A DNA stretch of 62,478 nucleotides, the filler included. It is 5 parts of 5 records of this genome, joined end to end, with 100 filler letters (N's around TTAATTAATTAA, not from the genome) between each part and the next. Parts side by side here need not be neighbours in the genome. Positions count along the whole stretch, not along the records: positions 1 to 26,135 come from SRR31156797_3629; 4 more parts are not named here. The stretch is one strand, 5' to 3'. The position numbers and the translations under genes are program-made. The notes beneath the pieces are model-generated. The model was given only the letters and a program-made list of their open reading frames with translations, had not been told where the DNA came from and made no database searches. Shown here piece after piece: positions 9,092 through 19,946 of the stretch (positions are counted from its first letter, which is position 1; each line of letters starts with the position of its first letter).

Positions 9092-9886
9092 ATGCAAGAA
9101 AAACTAAACGTTTTTAAGGAATTACTTCATATCATGGATGAGCTTAGAGAAAAGTGTCCATGGGATAAAAAACAAACCAACGAATCGCTGCGTACGCTTA
9201 CTATAGAAGAAACATATGAACTGGCTGATGCCATTATGCAAAACGATCCTAAGCTAATTAAAAAAGAATTGGGTGACCTTTTGTTGCATATTGTATTTTA
9301 TGCCAAAATTGGAGAAGAAAATAAGCAATTCACGATTCAGGATGTGATTGAATCCTTAAACGAAAAACTCATTTACAGACATCCGCATATTTTTAGCGAT
9401 ACAGAAGTAAAAGATGCGACCGAAGTAGAAGAAAACTGGGAGCGTTTAAAGCTAAAAGAAAAAGATGGTAATAAATCGGTATTATCAGGTGTGCCGGATT
9501 CATTACCGGCTTTGGTGAAAGCAAACCGAATTCAGGAAAAAGCCCGTGGTGTTGGCTTCGACTGGGAAAACCGGGAGCAGGTTTGGGAAAAGGTACAGGA
9601 AGAATTGGCAGAAGTAAAAGCTGAAATAGAAAAAGGCGATCAGGATAAGATGGAAGAAGAATTTGGCGACCTTCTGTTTTCTATTATTAACACAGCCAGA
9701 CTTTACGGCGTGAATCCTGAAAACGCACTCGAGCGTACCAATAGAAAATTTATAGCGCGCTTTAATTATTTAGAAGAAAAAACCATTAAGCAAGGAAAAG
9801 ACCTGAAGCATATGACGCTGGAAGAAATGGACGTGATATGGGAAGAAGCAAAAACCCATTTGAACTCAAAGAATGATATGGCATAG
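9092..9886 (+). CDS. mazG: Nucleoside triphosphate pyrophosphohydrolase MazG
   Basis: CPWD..QT, EETYEL, ELGDLL, RHPHIF, second EEFGDLLF. ATG 9092 preferred to TTG 9071. Confidence 0.93.
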   Translation: MQEKLNVFKELLHIMDELREKCPWDKKQTNESLRTLTIEETYELADAIMQNDPKLIKKELGDLLLHIVFYAKIGEENKQFTIQDVIESLNEKLIYRHPHIFSDTEVKDATEVEENWERLKLKEKDGNKSVLSGVPDSLPALVKANRIQEKARGVGFDWENREQVWEKVQEELAEVKAEIEKGDQDKMEEEFGDLLFSIINTARLYGVNPENALERTNRKFIARFNYLEEKTIKQGKDLKHMTLEEMDVIWEEAKTHLNSKNDMA

Positions 9887-9975
9887 TTCCAATGACCTTG
9901 GAACGGTAATTCCAACAACCTTGGAACGGTAGTTCCAATGACTTTGGAAAGGTAGTTCCAGCATCATTGGGAAAC
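9884..9975. repeat. Four tandem 23-bp palindromic repeats (consensus TAGTTCCAATGACCTTGGAACGG)
   Basis: Units at 9884, 9907, 9930 and 9953; internal dyad TTCCAA-N5-TTGGAA, degenerate in unit 4. Confidence 0.85.
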
Positions 9976-9983
9976 ATAAGCAT

Positions 9984-10032
9984 AAAAGCCAGCCTTGTAT
10001 ATGATGAATTTTATATACAAGGCTGGCTTTTT
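9984..10032. terminator. Bidirectional rho-independent terminator between mazG and the AsmA gene
   Basis: 19-bp perfect stem AAAAGCCAGCCTTGTATAT / ATATACAAGGCTGGCTTTT between convergent genes. Confidence 0.85.
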
Positions 10033-10056
10033 ATTTTAAGTCTTTTAAAACGAATC

Positions 10057-12552
10057 TTAGAAACCTAGTTTCTTTTTAAGATCATCCACTGCTTTTTTAG
10101 TCTTTTCATCTTTTAAAATATCTTTCACCACCTTTTCGGCTTCTTTTTCAACTTCCTTACCAATCTCTTTTTGAGCCTCACTTAAATCCAGACTTAACTT
10201 AGGATCTTTAGCTGTTCCTTTAATGATCACATCCACCATTACATCATCACCTGATTGAGATATGGCTCCTCCCAAGAAACTCATTGCTCCGGCAATATCC
10301 TTTCTCGAAACAGGTGTTTTTACTATATAATTTAAAGATTGATCAAAGCCTTGCTCTCCGCTCACAGTTATTTTACTTCCAAATACTTTAGCTGTAAAAG
10401 GCTCAACAATAATTTTTCCGTCTTTCATGATAAAATTAATGTCCAAATCTTCGGCAGTCAGCTTGCGGTATTTATCTTTCTTCAATAAATCGGCCATATT
10501 GTTTAATACCTTAGAATTAGAAACCTCAATGGCTTTGGACTTTAGGTTTCCTCCTCCTGTAATAGATGCAATTACAGGGCTCATATCCTGACCAAGCAAA
10601 CTATTGTATTTAAAATCGGCCGAGATCTTTCCTTTGGAACTTTTTACCAATGGCATTAAAGAATCAATTACACTAAACGAATAAGCTGTTTTAGTAATAT
10701 CAATATTCCCGGCATCAAATATAAAATCAACAAAAGGCTTTTTCACATTTTGTGTATTGTACTCTCCGGCCATACTCATTTGTCCATCTAACAAATTCAT
10801 TGAAATACCATTTAACACCACTTTGCCATCGCGGACTGTAATTTTACCTTTGGTATTGTTAATTTCTAGTTTATCGTAAACGATTTTACCGAATGTAGAA
10901 GTGAATACGAAATCAATATTTTTAGGTACCTCAAACAGTTCCAATGCCGTTGTATCTTCCACTTCTTCTGCATTCTCTTCATCTCCATCCACCAAAAACT
11001 CATTAACATCCAATAGTTTTGATGTATGCTGTAACTTACCCTTTATGGTTTCTTCTTTAAAAACATAAGGTAAATAATTGCTAATATTTCCTTTTAAATC
11101 AAAGTCTGATCGTCCCACCTGGCTCACAAATTTATCCAGTGTAATTTGTATAGGTGTAAATGACATTTGAGCTTCAGAAATAATCACCTTTGGTAAATCG
11201 GTGCTTACATAGGTAAAATCATTCATCTTAATATCACCTTTCACCTGTACCGATTCATAATCCTCCGCTTCAATCATTTTCATATTACCATCAATAGTTA
11301 TGTTGGCATCAATAACCCCGCCTAAATCAATGCTGTCCATAGGAATGGCATCTTTTAAATTGGATAAATTAATGATACCCACAACACCTCCTTTAAATTG
11401 CGCATTGCTTATCGGTGTTTCCACTAATAAAGATGCATCAAAAGGATTTTCGCCTAATTCGAAATGAAATTTCTGAATATTGGTAATTGTGTTATCCGGT
11501 GAACCTCCAGCATTTTTCACAGATACATCAATATTTATATCATTGATAGATTTAGGTAGATCAGGATATTTAATCTGACCGTCCATTACTTTTAAAACGG
11601 TTGCAAAAGCAGGCAGGTTTTCTTCATCTTTATAAACACCTTTAGCCGATGCCTCCAGCATTAAACTACCTGTCGCCTCCATGCCATCCATTTCGCTCAT
11701 ATACTCTTCCGGAACCAAAGCCAATAAAGATTTAAAGGTCGTTTCTTTTGCCGCTAACTTCACATCCAAGTCATAACCTTCGTCGAGCATACCTACTTTT
11801 CCGTCAAAACCCAGATTCATATCATTAATACCCAGATTATTTTCCTCAAAAGTAAATACCATATTGGTCATATCGGCTAAAATACCTGCCACCAAACTTA
11901 CCTTTACGTTTTTAAGATATTCTGTATCCTCCATTTTTACATTCACAGATTCAATAGAACTTTCGATATTTAGATGGGTGGTAGCAGCAGATAAATCGCC
12001 CGACATATTTAAATTAAACTGTTTGATTTCAGCTCCCAAATCCATGGTGGCATCATCATAATAAACCTGAGCATTTTTAATCTCAAAACTTTTTAAACCG
12101 ATAGTAAAAGCTTCAGAATCGGAACTGGTAGTATCTTCTATTTCTTCAGCTTCTTCACTGGCCATGGCAATATCCCAGTTTGCGGTTGAATCAGCCAGTA
12201 CAATAGCATGAATCATTGGTTCGTCAATCAGAATTTTCTCAATACTTACATTTCCTTTTATAGCACTAAGCAAATCAGCAGAAACCGTAAAATCCTTTAA
12301 GTACAACAAGGTATCCTTCTCAAACTGGTTAATTCCAACCACTTTTAATCCAGACATTCCTACGGATAAATTTGGAAAATGCTTAATTAAGGATAACGAG
12401 AAATGATCCCAATCAACTTGTGCATTTACTTGCTTATTAACTTCCGATTTTACCATATTTTCTATTTTACCTTTAAAAAACATGGGTGTAACGATAAGAA
12501 CCAGCAGAATAAACAGGATTACGCCTATCGCAATTTTTATAAATTTCTTCAT
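10057..12552 (-). CDS. AsmA family protein
   Basis: N-terminal TM anchor, long beta-rich body, AsmA-like C-terminus (IKGTAKDPKLSLD). Confidence 0.85.
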   Translation of the reverse strand: MKKFIKIAIGVILFILLVLIVTPMFFKGKIENMVKSEVNKQVNAQVDWDHFSLSLIKHFPNLSVGMSGLKVVGINQFEKDTLLYLKDFTVSADLLSAIKGNVSIEKILIDEPMIHAIVLADSTANWDIAMASEEAEEIEDTTSSDSEAFTIGLKSFEIKNAQVYYDDATMDLGAEIKQFNLNMSGDLSAATTHLNIESSIESVNVKMEDTEYLKNVKVSLVAGILADMTNMVFTFEENNLGINDMNLGFDGKVGMLDEGYDLDVKLAAKETTFKSLLALVPEEYMSEMDGMEATGSLMLEASAKGVYKDEENLPAFATVLKVMDGQIKYPDLPKSINDINIDVSVKNAGGSPDNTITNIQKFHFELGENPFDASLLVETPISNAQFKGGVVGIINLSNLKDAIPMDSIDLGGVIDANITIDGNMKMIEAEDYESVQVKGDIKMNDFTYVSTDLPKVIISEAQMSFTPIQITLDKFVSQVGRSDFDLKGNISNYLPYVFKEETIKGKLQHTSKLLDVNEFLVDGDEENAEEVEDTTALELFEVPKNIDFVFTSTFGKIVYDKLEINNTKGKITVRDGKVVLNGISMNLLDGQMSMAGEYNTQNVKKPFVDFIFDAGNIDITKTAYSFSVIDSLMPLVKSSKGKISADFKYNSLLGQDMSPVIASITGGGNLKSKAIEVSNSKVLNNMADLLKKDKYRKLTAEDLDINFIMKDGKIIVEPFTAKVFGSKITVSGEQGFDQSLNYIVKTPVSRKDIAGAMSFLGGAISQSGDDVMVDVIIKGTAKDPKLSLDLSEAQKEIGKEVEKEAEKVVKDILKDEKTKKAVDDLKKKLGF

Positions 12553-12792
12553 ATGGATTATATGTTTAAGAGGTTATATTGATGGAGGCTAATATGCAAG
12601 AAATCATACAAATTCATTTCTTTTGGATACCCGAATCAAAGATTTTGTTTTATATATAAACTTATAACTTTTCATTGGTAATTTCAAAGATCTGTAAAAA
12701 CCAATAGCAATATTAAAATGCATGATTGGCATCAAATAATGTACCGAATACCTTCTAAATTGCAATAAGCGCTTTAATTCTTTTTACATCTA

Positions 12793-13254
12793 TTATGAAG
12801 ATTTATGGGTCGCTTGCAAACCATTCAGAAAATTTCTTAAAAACTGATCCTTACACGGACGATATTGATTTTGTCCGGGCTTTCTAAAAAGGGCACTAAT
12901 CTCGTGCTTACTCACTCTAATATCGCTTTTGGCAAGAATTAAAATAATATCTTCATCTTTTAGATTTAGTGCAATTTTTAGCTTTCGAAGGATGATATTA
13001 TTATTTAATTTCTTTTCTGGCTTAGGTTGTTCTCCTTCACGTTTTCCTCGCTTTTCATTAATAAAGCCATTTAAAAAAGTAGCCAATTGCTGATCGTAAA
13101 TGCTGGTAAAATCAGCATCGTCCTCTTTTTTTAACCAGTTACATATTTGTTCGCGCGTCACCTTTTCTCCGGCAGACGCAAACATCTCCATCATTTTAGC
13201 ATCTGAAAAGTCAAAAATAAACCTGATTCGTCGTATTATATCATTATTTGTCAT
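12793..13254 (-). CDS. DUF1456 (YehS-like) protein
   Basis: MTNNDIIRRIR, NNNIILRKLKIAL, CKDQFLRNFLNGL. Confidence 0.85.
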   Translation of the reverse strand: MTNNDIIRRIRFIFDFSDAKMMEMFASAGEKVTREQICNWLKKEDDADFTSIYDQQLATFLNGFINEKRGKREGEQPKPEKKLNNNIILRKLKIALNLKDEDIILILAKSDIRVSKHEISALFRKPGQNQYRPCKDQFLRNFLNGLQATHKSS

Positions 13255-13266
13255 GTTGATACTCTT

Positions 13267-16200
13267 TTATGAGAATAAATCCCTGATATCGTCAGCTTGA
13301 AGTGTTTTCATAAGACTTTCATCAGTTTGTACAATATCACCGGCAATTTTCTTTTTCTTATTTTGTAGTTGAAGTATTTTTTCCTCCACTGTGTTTTTAC
13401 AGATCATGCGATAGGCAAAAACTTTTTTATCCTGACCAATTCTGTAACAACGGTCGATAGCCTGATTTTCCACAGCAGGATTCCACCATGGATCAACAAT
13501 ATACACATAATCGGCTGCCGTTAGGTTAAGCCCTGTACCACCAGCTTTCAGACTAATTAAGAACACTCGCAAGTCCTCGTTCTCCTGAAAATTATTTACA
13601 GATTTTTCACGCTGAAGGGTGGTACTTTGACCATCCAGATATTCGTAATCGATATTTCGTTTATTCAACTCCTTGCGAATTAAGCCAAGCATGGATACAA
13701 ACTGAGAAAAGATCAGAATTTTATGATGCGCTGTTTTATCCGTTATGTGTTGAATGATTTCCTTAATCTTAACAGATTCCGTACTTCCTATGCTGTCATC
13801 ATTTAATAAAGCCGGAGAATCGCAAATCTGGCGCATACGTGTTAACGCTTCCAACACCATCAATTTAGATTTTTCAACGCCATTTTCTTCCACCTGCTTT
13901 AACAGCTGGTTTCTAAAATCGTTTCTGTAAGCATCATAAACTCGCCTTTGCTCACTTTCCATTTCGCAATAAATCACATCCTCAGTTTTTGGAGGAAGCT
14001 CAGATGCTACTTTTTCCTTTGTTCGTCGAAGTATAAATGGGTTGATTAAGCGCTGCAATTCAGCTGCAATGTTATCGTCGCCTTCCTTATCAATAGCATT
14101 GGAAAATTGTGCTCTAAAAGAGGTAGCTCCACTAAAGAAGCCTCTGTTTACAAAACTCATTTGAGCATACAAATCAAACGTACTGTTTTCGATAGGTGTA
14201 CCTGATAAGGCAATACGATTATTAGCTTTTAATAAACTTGCTGCTTTAAATCTGCGCGATGCCGGATTTTTAATAGCCTGCGATTCATCTAACACCGCAT
14301 AGTTGAATTGGTATTCGCGCAACACCTCAATATCCCGCAATAAAACGCCGTAAGTGGTAAAAACTAAATGATAGTCATCAAACACTGATGCATCTTTAGT
14401 TCTATTGATTCCATAATGATAATAGGCTTTTAATTCTGGAGAGAACTTGGCAATTTCATTTTCCCAGTTAAATAGTAAAGTAGTGGGTACTACAATAATA
14501 TTGGCTGTTGTATTGTTTTTAACGATATGCTGCAAAAAGGTAAGCACCTGAAGCGTTTTACCAAGTCCCATATCATCTGCCAAAATACCTCCCCATCCCA
14601 TTTCATCCAAAAAGTTAAGCCAGTTTAATCCTTCTTTCTGGTATTCTCTTAAATCGGCATTGATTTCCTGTGGCACCTTAACATCAGCCACTTCCTTGAA
14701 GCTGGCCAGGCGTTCTCTTTTTCGTGCTACCTCTGCCATTATTTCCAGATTATTCACATCCTCGAATAATTCATCAATAATGGCAAATTTCATTTTTGAA
14801 ACAGCCAGCTTTCCTTCCCTCACTTCGCCATGTCTGAAGAATTTCTCTAGTTTATGCATCCATTCATTAGGTAGTAAACCTACACTACCATCATCGAGCT
14901 GAATGTATTTTTGTTTATTAGTAACGGCTTTTTTAATGTCTTTAAGCGCCACTTGCTTGTCGCCAAACACCACTTTAATTTCCATCTCAAACCAATCCTG
15001 CCCACTGGTTACTGCAGTGGATACTTTTCCTGCAAAAGGTGAGTATTTAAAATTCTTTAATTCCTTTAATCCAAATACTTCTATTTCCATATGCTGCATT
15101 TGTTCAAAGAAACGGTAAAACCACATATCTTCGGTAAAAGCATCATAATGTAGATAAAAACGCTTATCCTCTACCTGATCTTCAAAATGAGGATGTAACT
15201 CTGCAATATTTCTGACAAAATCTTCTTCCAGTTCCTGATTCCTTTTATATTCAGTTACATGACCGTCTTCGTCCACTAAAACACTACCCGCCTGATTCAG
15301 CATAACTGAAACGCCATTGTGGTATTCAACCTGCGGCGTAATAATTAAAAAGTCGTGTAATTCAGATAAAAACACCTGCTTTTTTCTGAAGTCAAGCTCA
15401 ACGGATTCTATATCGAAACCAGCATTTTGAAAATCAATTTTAAAATTCCGCGACAGAGGCATAATAATTTCGTTGAAGAAAAGCTGTTTATATGACTTAA
15501 CCATTTTTAAATCATTACGCCATTGTTGTGCATGCCTGGCCACACTATAATTTACCGGAATACCCATCTTACCTTTGTGAAAATACACATGGGCTAAACG
15601 ATAGAATAATTCAATTTCCGATGCGTCTACTTCTTCCTTTTCTATCTCAAGCTTTAGCTTTAAACCTACAAATTGGTCATCTTCATATGCCTGATACCAG
15701 GCTGTAATCGGATGGCGCATCATTTGCACATTTTTCAACTCCGCTTTTTTAATTTTATACTCACTTATCGTGCGGTAATGCACAATCTTTTCTTTTGCCA
15801 GATGATGCACCAATTGCCTTTTAATAGCAAACTTATTTTTAGCAGTAGAAGCTGTATCCAAACGCTCTATTCCATCCAGAATTTCCCTGGCATTTTTAGT
15901 TACCTTAATACGGTCGGCATCATAAATTTCATCAAAACGCTCAATATGACTGGCCAACTGGTTTTTATCCTTATTTGGTTTTCCAACTACTGCTATTACT
16001 CTAAAATCAGCATCTCCATCATAATCTTTATAATCATCCTGGTTAAACTGTAGAATAAATCCTAAAGCTCTTTCTTCATCCTTTCTGGCAACCGCCTCCA
16101 ATTGAAGATCATCTTTATTTAACTCATCAATCAGGTTTCTGAACTCACTTTTTATATTCACATCCACAGGCAACATTCCGGCCTGATCGGGTCTAAATCT

Positions 16201-16980
16201 AAATAAAAAACCTTGCTCCGGATGAAAACTATATGAGAAATACTGGCTAAAATCAGCTTCTTCGGTTAAACCAAACTCATCCAGTTTTGATTTTTTATAG
16301 GCATCTAGTTTTGATGTAAATAAAATATCCAGTAAATCCGGATTGGGTGATTTTGCAATTAAAAGTAAAGTGTAGGCCTCTACTTTATTGAGTTTAGGAA
16401 TCGGCTTTTTGCTATTACTGCGTATATAGGCCTTCCCATCTTCAAAACTAATAGTTGCCCATTGTGATTCGTAATACGTGGTGTATTCAAATGTAATATC
16501 GTTATCTCCAATCTTAACATCCTGCAAAAGCATGTTATTATAACCATGCAAAATATCGTTGATAACACTAACAGAGGTGTGTTCTTCAATATCTTCTTTG
16601 GATATAAAATGATAGTTTTCGATTAAATAACCCGCTGCAGTTCTAAGAGAGGTGCGATGTGTGGATTCTTCATTCTTTTTGTTCAATGGAACATGCTCAC
16701 CTCCATCTTTAATAAACTGCAAAGAAGCCACTGTATGCTTACAAATAGATCCCCATTCAAATGGACAGGTACACGAAGTCTTTAATTCTCCTTTGTTTAA
16801 ATCACGAATAACAACCGTATACATTTGGGATCCCTGCACCTTAAAATGCCAGGTATCCGAAGCTTTATTGGCATATTTTAAAGAAACTAAACCCTGATTA
16901 TATAAATCTGTCCCCTTCTCAACAACTTCAGGTGTTGTTTTATAACGTATATACCGGTCGATGTAATCGTGTAAATTCAT
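13267..16980 (-). CDS. SWIM zinc finger / SNF2 family helicase
   Basis: CTCP...CKH SWIM motif; ADDMGLGKT, DESQ, SGTPIEN, LKAGGTGLNL, QAIDRCYRIGQ. Confidence 0.93.
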   Translation of the reverse strand: MNLHDYIDRYIRYKTTPEVVEKGTDLYNQGLVSLKYANKASDTWHFKVQGSQMYTVVIRDLNKGELKTSCTCPFEWGSICKHTVASLQFIKDGGEHVPLNKKNEESTHRTSLRTAAGYLIENYHFISKEDIEEHTSVSVINDILHGYNNMLLQDVKIGDNDITFEYTTYYESQWATISFEDGKAYIRSNSKKPIPKLNKVEAYTLLLIAKSPNPDLLDILFTSKLDAYKKSKLDEFGLTEEADFSQYFSYSFHPEQGFLFRFRPDQAGMLPVDVNIKSEFRNLIDELNKDDLQLEAVARKDEERALGFILQFNQDDYKDYDGDADFRVIAVVGKPNKDKNQLASHIERFDEIYDADRIKVTKNAREILDGIERLDTASTAKNKFAIKRQLVHHLAKEKIVHYRTISEYKIKKAELKNVQMMRHPITAWYQAYEDDQFVGLKLKLEIEKEEVDASEIELFYRLAHVYFHKGKMGIPVNYSVARHAQQWRNDLKMVKSYKQLFFNEIIMPLSRNFKIDFQNAGFDIESVELDFRKKQVFLSELHDFLIITPQVEYHNGVSVMLNQAGSVLVDEDGHVTEYKRNQELEEDFVRNIAELHPHFEDQVEDKRFYLHYDAFTEDMWFYRFFEQMQHMEIEVFGLKELKNFKYSPFAGKVSTAVTSGQDWFEMEIKVVFGDKQVALKDIKKAVTNKQKYIQLDDGSVGLLPNEWMHKLEKFFRHGEVREGKLAVSKMKFAIIDELFEDVNNLEIMAEVARKRERLASFKEVADVKVPQEINADLREYQKEGLNWLNFLDEMGWGGILADDMGLGKTLQVLTFLQHIVKNNTTANIIVVPTTLLFNWENEIAKFSPELKAYYHYGINRTKDASVFDDYHLVFTTYGVLLRDIEVLREYQFNYAVLDESQAIKNPASRRFKAASLLKANNRIALSGTPIENSTFDLYAQMSFVNRGFFSGATSFRAQFSNAIDKEGDDNIAAELQRLINPFILRRTKEKVASELPPKTEDVIYCEMESEQRRVYDAYRNDFRNQLLKQVEENGVEKSKLMVLEALTRMRQICDSPALLNDDSIGSTESVKIKEIIQHITDKTAHHKILIFSQFVSMLGLIRKELNKRNIDYEYLDGQSTTLQREKSVNNFQENEDLRVFLISLKAGGTGLNLTAADYVYIVDPWWNPAVENQAIDRCYRIGQDKKVFAYRMICKNTVEEKILQLQNKKKKIAGDIVQTDESLMKTLQADDIRDLFS

Positions 16981-17282
16981 TTTAAGCCTTCAAAAAAATA
17001 AAAGCCCTAAAGATAGTAAGAGGGATTGGCATTGAAAACCTGAATTTTACTATTAATTTGCTTACCGCTATACTTCAAGCTTTTACAATTACAATTTTTT
17101 TTGATTATAAAAAAAAGAGGAGCTGATAATAAATTCAACGTGTAGAAACAGATAAAAATCCTATTACTAAGATTCTATACTATTCATCTAGACTATTGTT
17201 GTCAGTTTTTTGAATTTACTAGAGCCTTAATCGGAATTAACAACCTTATTATAATAAAGATTAAGGGTTATTTCTATTAGAA

Positions 17283-17993
17283 TTATCCAAGCTTTGAAAT
17301 CTTATCCAGCTGATCTGTATCTAAAATTTTTATAATTCTACCATCAACAGTGATAACACCTTCGTTTACAAAAGTAGATAAGGTACGAATAGCATTGGAG
17401 GTAGTCATATTGGAAAAGTTTGCCAGATCTTCACGAGATAAGTAAACATTTAAGGTCAAACCATCTTCCTCAAAACCGTATATTTCTTTCAAGACCAATA
17501 AGCTTTCTGCTAATCGACCACGAATATGCTTTTGAGTTAAGGTAACTGTTCTGTAACGAGAAAAACCCAACTCCTGAGCTAATGATCGAATAATATTCAA
17601 ACTAAAGCGGGGATTACTCTCCAGTAATTCAAAAACTATTTTTTTGGGAATATAAAAGATTGTGCAAGGTTCAATTACAACGGCTGAAGCTACATGAGGA
17701 CCTTCTGCAAAAAAAGCTCTATAACCAATAAAACTGGTAGGATTAGCCATTCTAACAATTTGATCTCTGCCTCCAAAGCCCAATTTATATACCTTTACCT
17801 TACCAGAACCCAGACATAGCAAACCATCCGGAACCTCACCTTCCTGATAAATCACGTCATTCTTTTTATATCGAATAGCTTTATGATTTTTCAGTACTTT
17901 TTCTTTTTCCTCTTCAGTCAATACATCATATAACTGAGAAATATCTTTAATACTTGGCTCCTGGCTTTCTATCTTATCAGCTCTTCTAGGCAT
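17283..17993 (-). CDS. Crp/Fnr family transcriptional regulator
   Basis: cNMP-binding domain followed by HTH (LSREDLANFSNMTTSNAIRTLS); -7 element CAAAAATA (minus strand) at 18106-18113. Confidence 0.9.
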   Translation of the reverse strand: MPRRADKIESQEPSIKDISQLYDVLTEEEKEKVLKNHKAIRYKKNDVIYQEGEVPDGLLCLGSGKVKVYKLGFGGRDQIVRMANPTSFIGYRAFFAEGPHVASAVVIEPCTIFYIPKKIVFELLESNPRFSLNIIRSLAQELGFSRYRTVTLTQKHIRGRLAESLLVLKEIYGFEEDGLTLNVYLSREDLANFSNMTTSNAIRTLSTFVNEGVITVDGRIIKILDTDQLDKISKLG

Positions 17994-18182
17994 TTTCCAA
18001 CACTAATTAATAGGTAAAAGAACTTGTCATCATTGACAAATACTATTCAGTACATCTTTATGTTCAAAACACAATTTGAAAACATGTTTTATAACATACG
18101 ATGCGCAAAAATAGAAAAAAGCCTACATACTCCAAAAAAAAAAGAGGTATTGCAGACTTTTTAATCTTTTTTATCTTAAATC

Positions 18183-19832
18183 CTAAAATCGGGAAACCAA
18201 TGGAATACGTCTTCCTAGTCCAAATGCTTTTGAAGAAACTCGAATGATTGGTGGTGTTTGAAAACGTTTGTATTCATTAATATTAACCATTCTAACAGCC
18301 TTTTTTACTACGGCTTCATCAAATCCTTCGGCAATTATTTTTTGTGGTGATTCATTCTTCTCGATATAATTAAATAAAACCTGATCCAACACTTCATAAT
18401 CAGGCAGGGAATCACTGTCTTTCTGATCTGGCCTCAATTCTGCCGATGGTGGTTTAACAATAGTATTTTCTGGAATGATTTCTTCATCACGATTAATATA
18501 TCTAGCCAAGGCAAAAACATCTGTTTTGTAAACGTCGCCTAAAACAGACATACCACCATTCATATCTCCGTAAAGCGTTCCATAACCTACTGCTGCTTCA
18601 CTTTTATTGGAAGTATTCAATAAAATATGTCCGAATTTATTAGATAAGGCCATCATTAAAGTACCTCTAATTCTGGCTTGAATATTTTCTTCTGCAACAT
18701 CAGGATTTAATCCTTCAAATAAGGGTGATAAAGTACTATCAAAACTGCTTACAATATCTTTAATCGGTACAACATCATGTTGAATTCCCAGATTATTGGC
18801 TAAATCCTCAGCATCTTTAATAGAATGATCCGAAGAATATTTTGAAGGCATTAGCAACACCCTAACATTCTCTGCTCCCAAGGCACGTACTGCAATTACA
18901 ACTGTAACAGCAGAATCAATTCCTCCGGATAAACCAAGCGTAGCCTTGGTGAAACCCATTTTATTAAAATAATCTTTCACACCAAGCACAAGTGCATCAT
19001 GAATTAAAGCCAACCTGTCTTGGGGTTGTGTTTCTATGGCCTTATTATCTTCAACTTCCTCTAAATAGCAATATTTTAAATCTTCCGAAAAGGAATTTAA
19101 TTCCAATACGACATCTCCCCTGCTATTCGAAACTAAAGAACTTCCATCAAAAACCAATTCTGTATTAGCTCCAATTTGGTTTACATATACAAATGGGATT
19201 TCGTTTTTAGCCGCTTTTTGTGTGATAATTTGCTGGCGAATTTGTCCCTGATTATATGAAAACGGAGAAGCCGCAATATTCACCACCATATCCGGATTTA
19301 ATTGCTTTAACTCTTTCATTGGCGACTTGGTATACAGCTTACTTTTAGCAAAAGAATTAGCTACTGGCTGTTCATCCCATAAATCCTCACAAATAGTAAT
19401 AGCTACTTTTTTATCCAATATTTCAACTAAATGAAATTCACTATTGGGTTGGAAGTAACGATACTCATCAAATACATCATAGTTGGGCAACAATGTTTTA
19501 TTGTGCACTGATTTTATCTGACCATTATTTAAAACAAAAGCCGAATTAAACAGCTTTTTACCTTTAGGTTCTGGATTTATACTTGGCCCACCAACTACCG
19601 CTGTAATACTTTTACACTGAGTTGCAATAATATCTATTTGCTGAAGGCACTGCTCCACAAACTCTTCACGTTCCAATAAATCTAAAGGAGGATATCCACA
19701 AACTGCTAGTTCCGAAAAAACAATTAAATCGCAATTGTCATCCTGTGCTTTATTTATGGCATCTATAATTTTTTCTGTGTTACGCTCAAAGTTTCCAACG
19801 TGGTAATTCAATTGCGCAAGTGCTATCTTCAT
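18183..19832 (-). CDS. nadE: Glutamine-dependent NAD+ synthetase
   Basis: Nitrilase domain (ELAVCGYPP, ICEDLW) plus GLSGGIDS, ENIQARIR, NKSE, PSAELRPDQKD; -7 element at 19867-19874. Confidence 0.95.
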   Translation of the reverse strand: MKIALAQLNYHVGNFERNTEKIIDAINKAQDDNCDLIVFSELAVCGYPPLDLLEREEFVEQCLQQIDIIATQCKSITAVVGGPSINPEPKGKKLFNSAFVLNNGQIKSVHNKTLLPNYDVFDEYRYFQPNSEFHLVEILDKKVAITICEDLWDEQPVANSFAKSKLYTKSPMKELKQLNPDMVVNIAASPFSYNQGQIRQQIITQKAAKNEIPFVYVNQIGANTELVFDGSSLVSNSRGDVVLELNSFSEDLKYCYLEEVEDNKAIETQPQDRLALIHDALVLGVKDYFNKMGFTKATLGLSGGIDSAVTVVIAVRALGAENVRVLLMPSKYSSDHSIKDAEDLANNLGIQHDVVPIKDIVSSFDSTLSPLFEGLNPDVAEENIQARIRGTLMMALSNKFGHILLNTSNKSEAAVGYGTLYGDMNGGMSVLGDVYKTDVFALARYINRDEEIIPENTIVKPPSAELRPDQKDSDSLPDYEVLDQVLFNYIEKNESPQKIIAEGFDEAVVKKAVRMVNINEYKRFQTPPIIRVSSKAFGLGRRIPLVSRF

Positions 19833-19946
19833 ATTGTGCTTTCTATTATTTCTATATTCAATTTTGCAAATTTACAACGCGACACTTTAATATCACAGTT
19901 GAAATACATTTATTAAGCTATTAACCCTACTTCTAAGGATTATATT

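Noticed and set aside
9884-9975. CRISPR array interpretation of the 23-bp repeats
   Set aside because: Units are directly adjacent with no unique spacers, and no cas genes are present.
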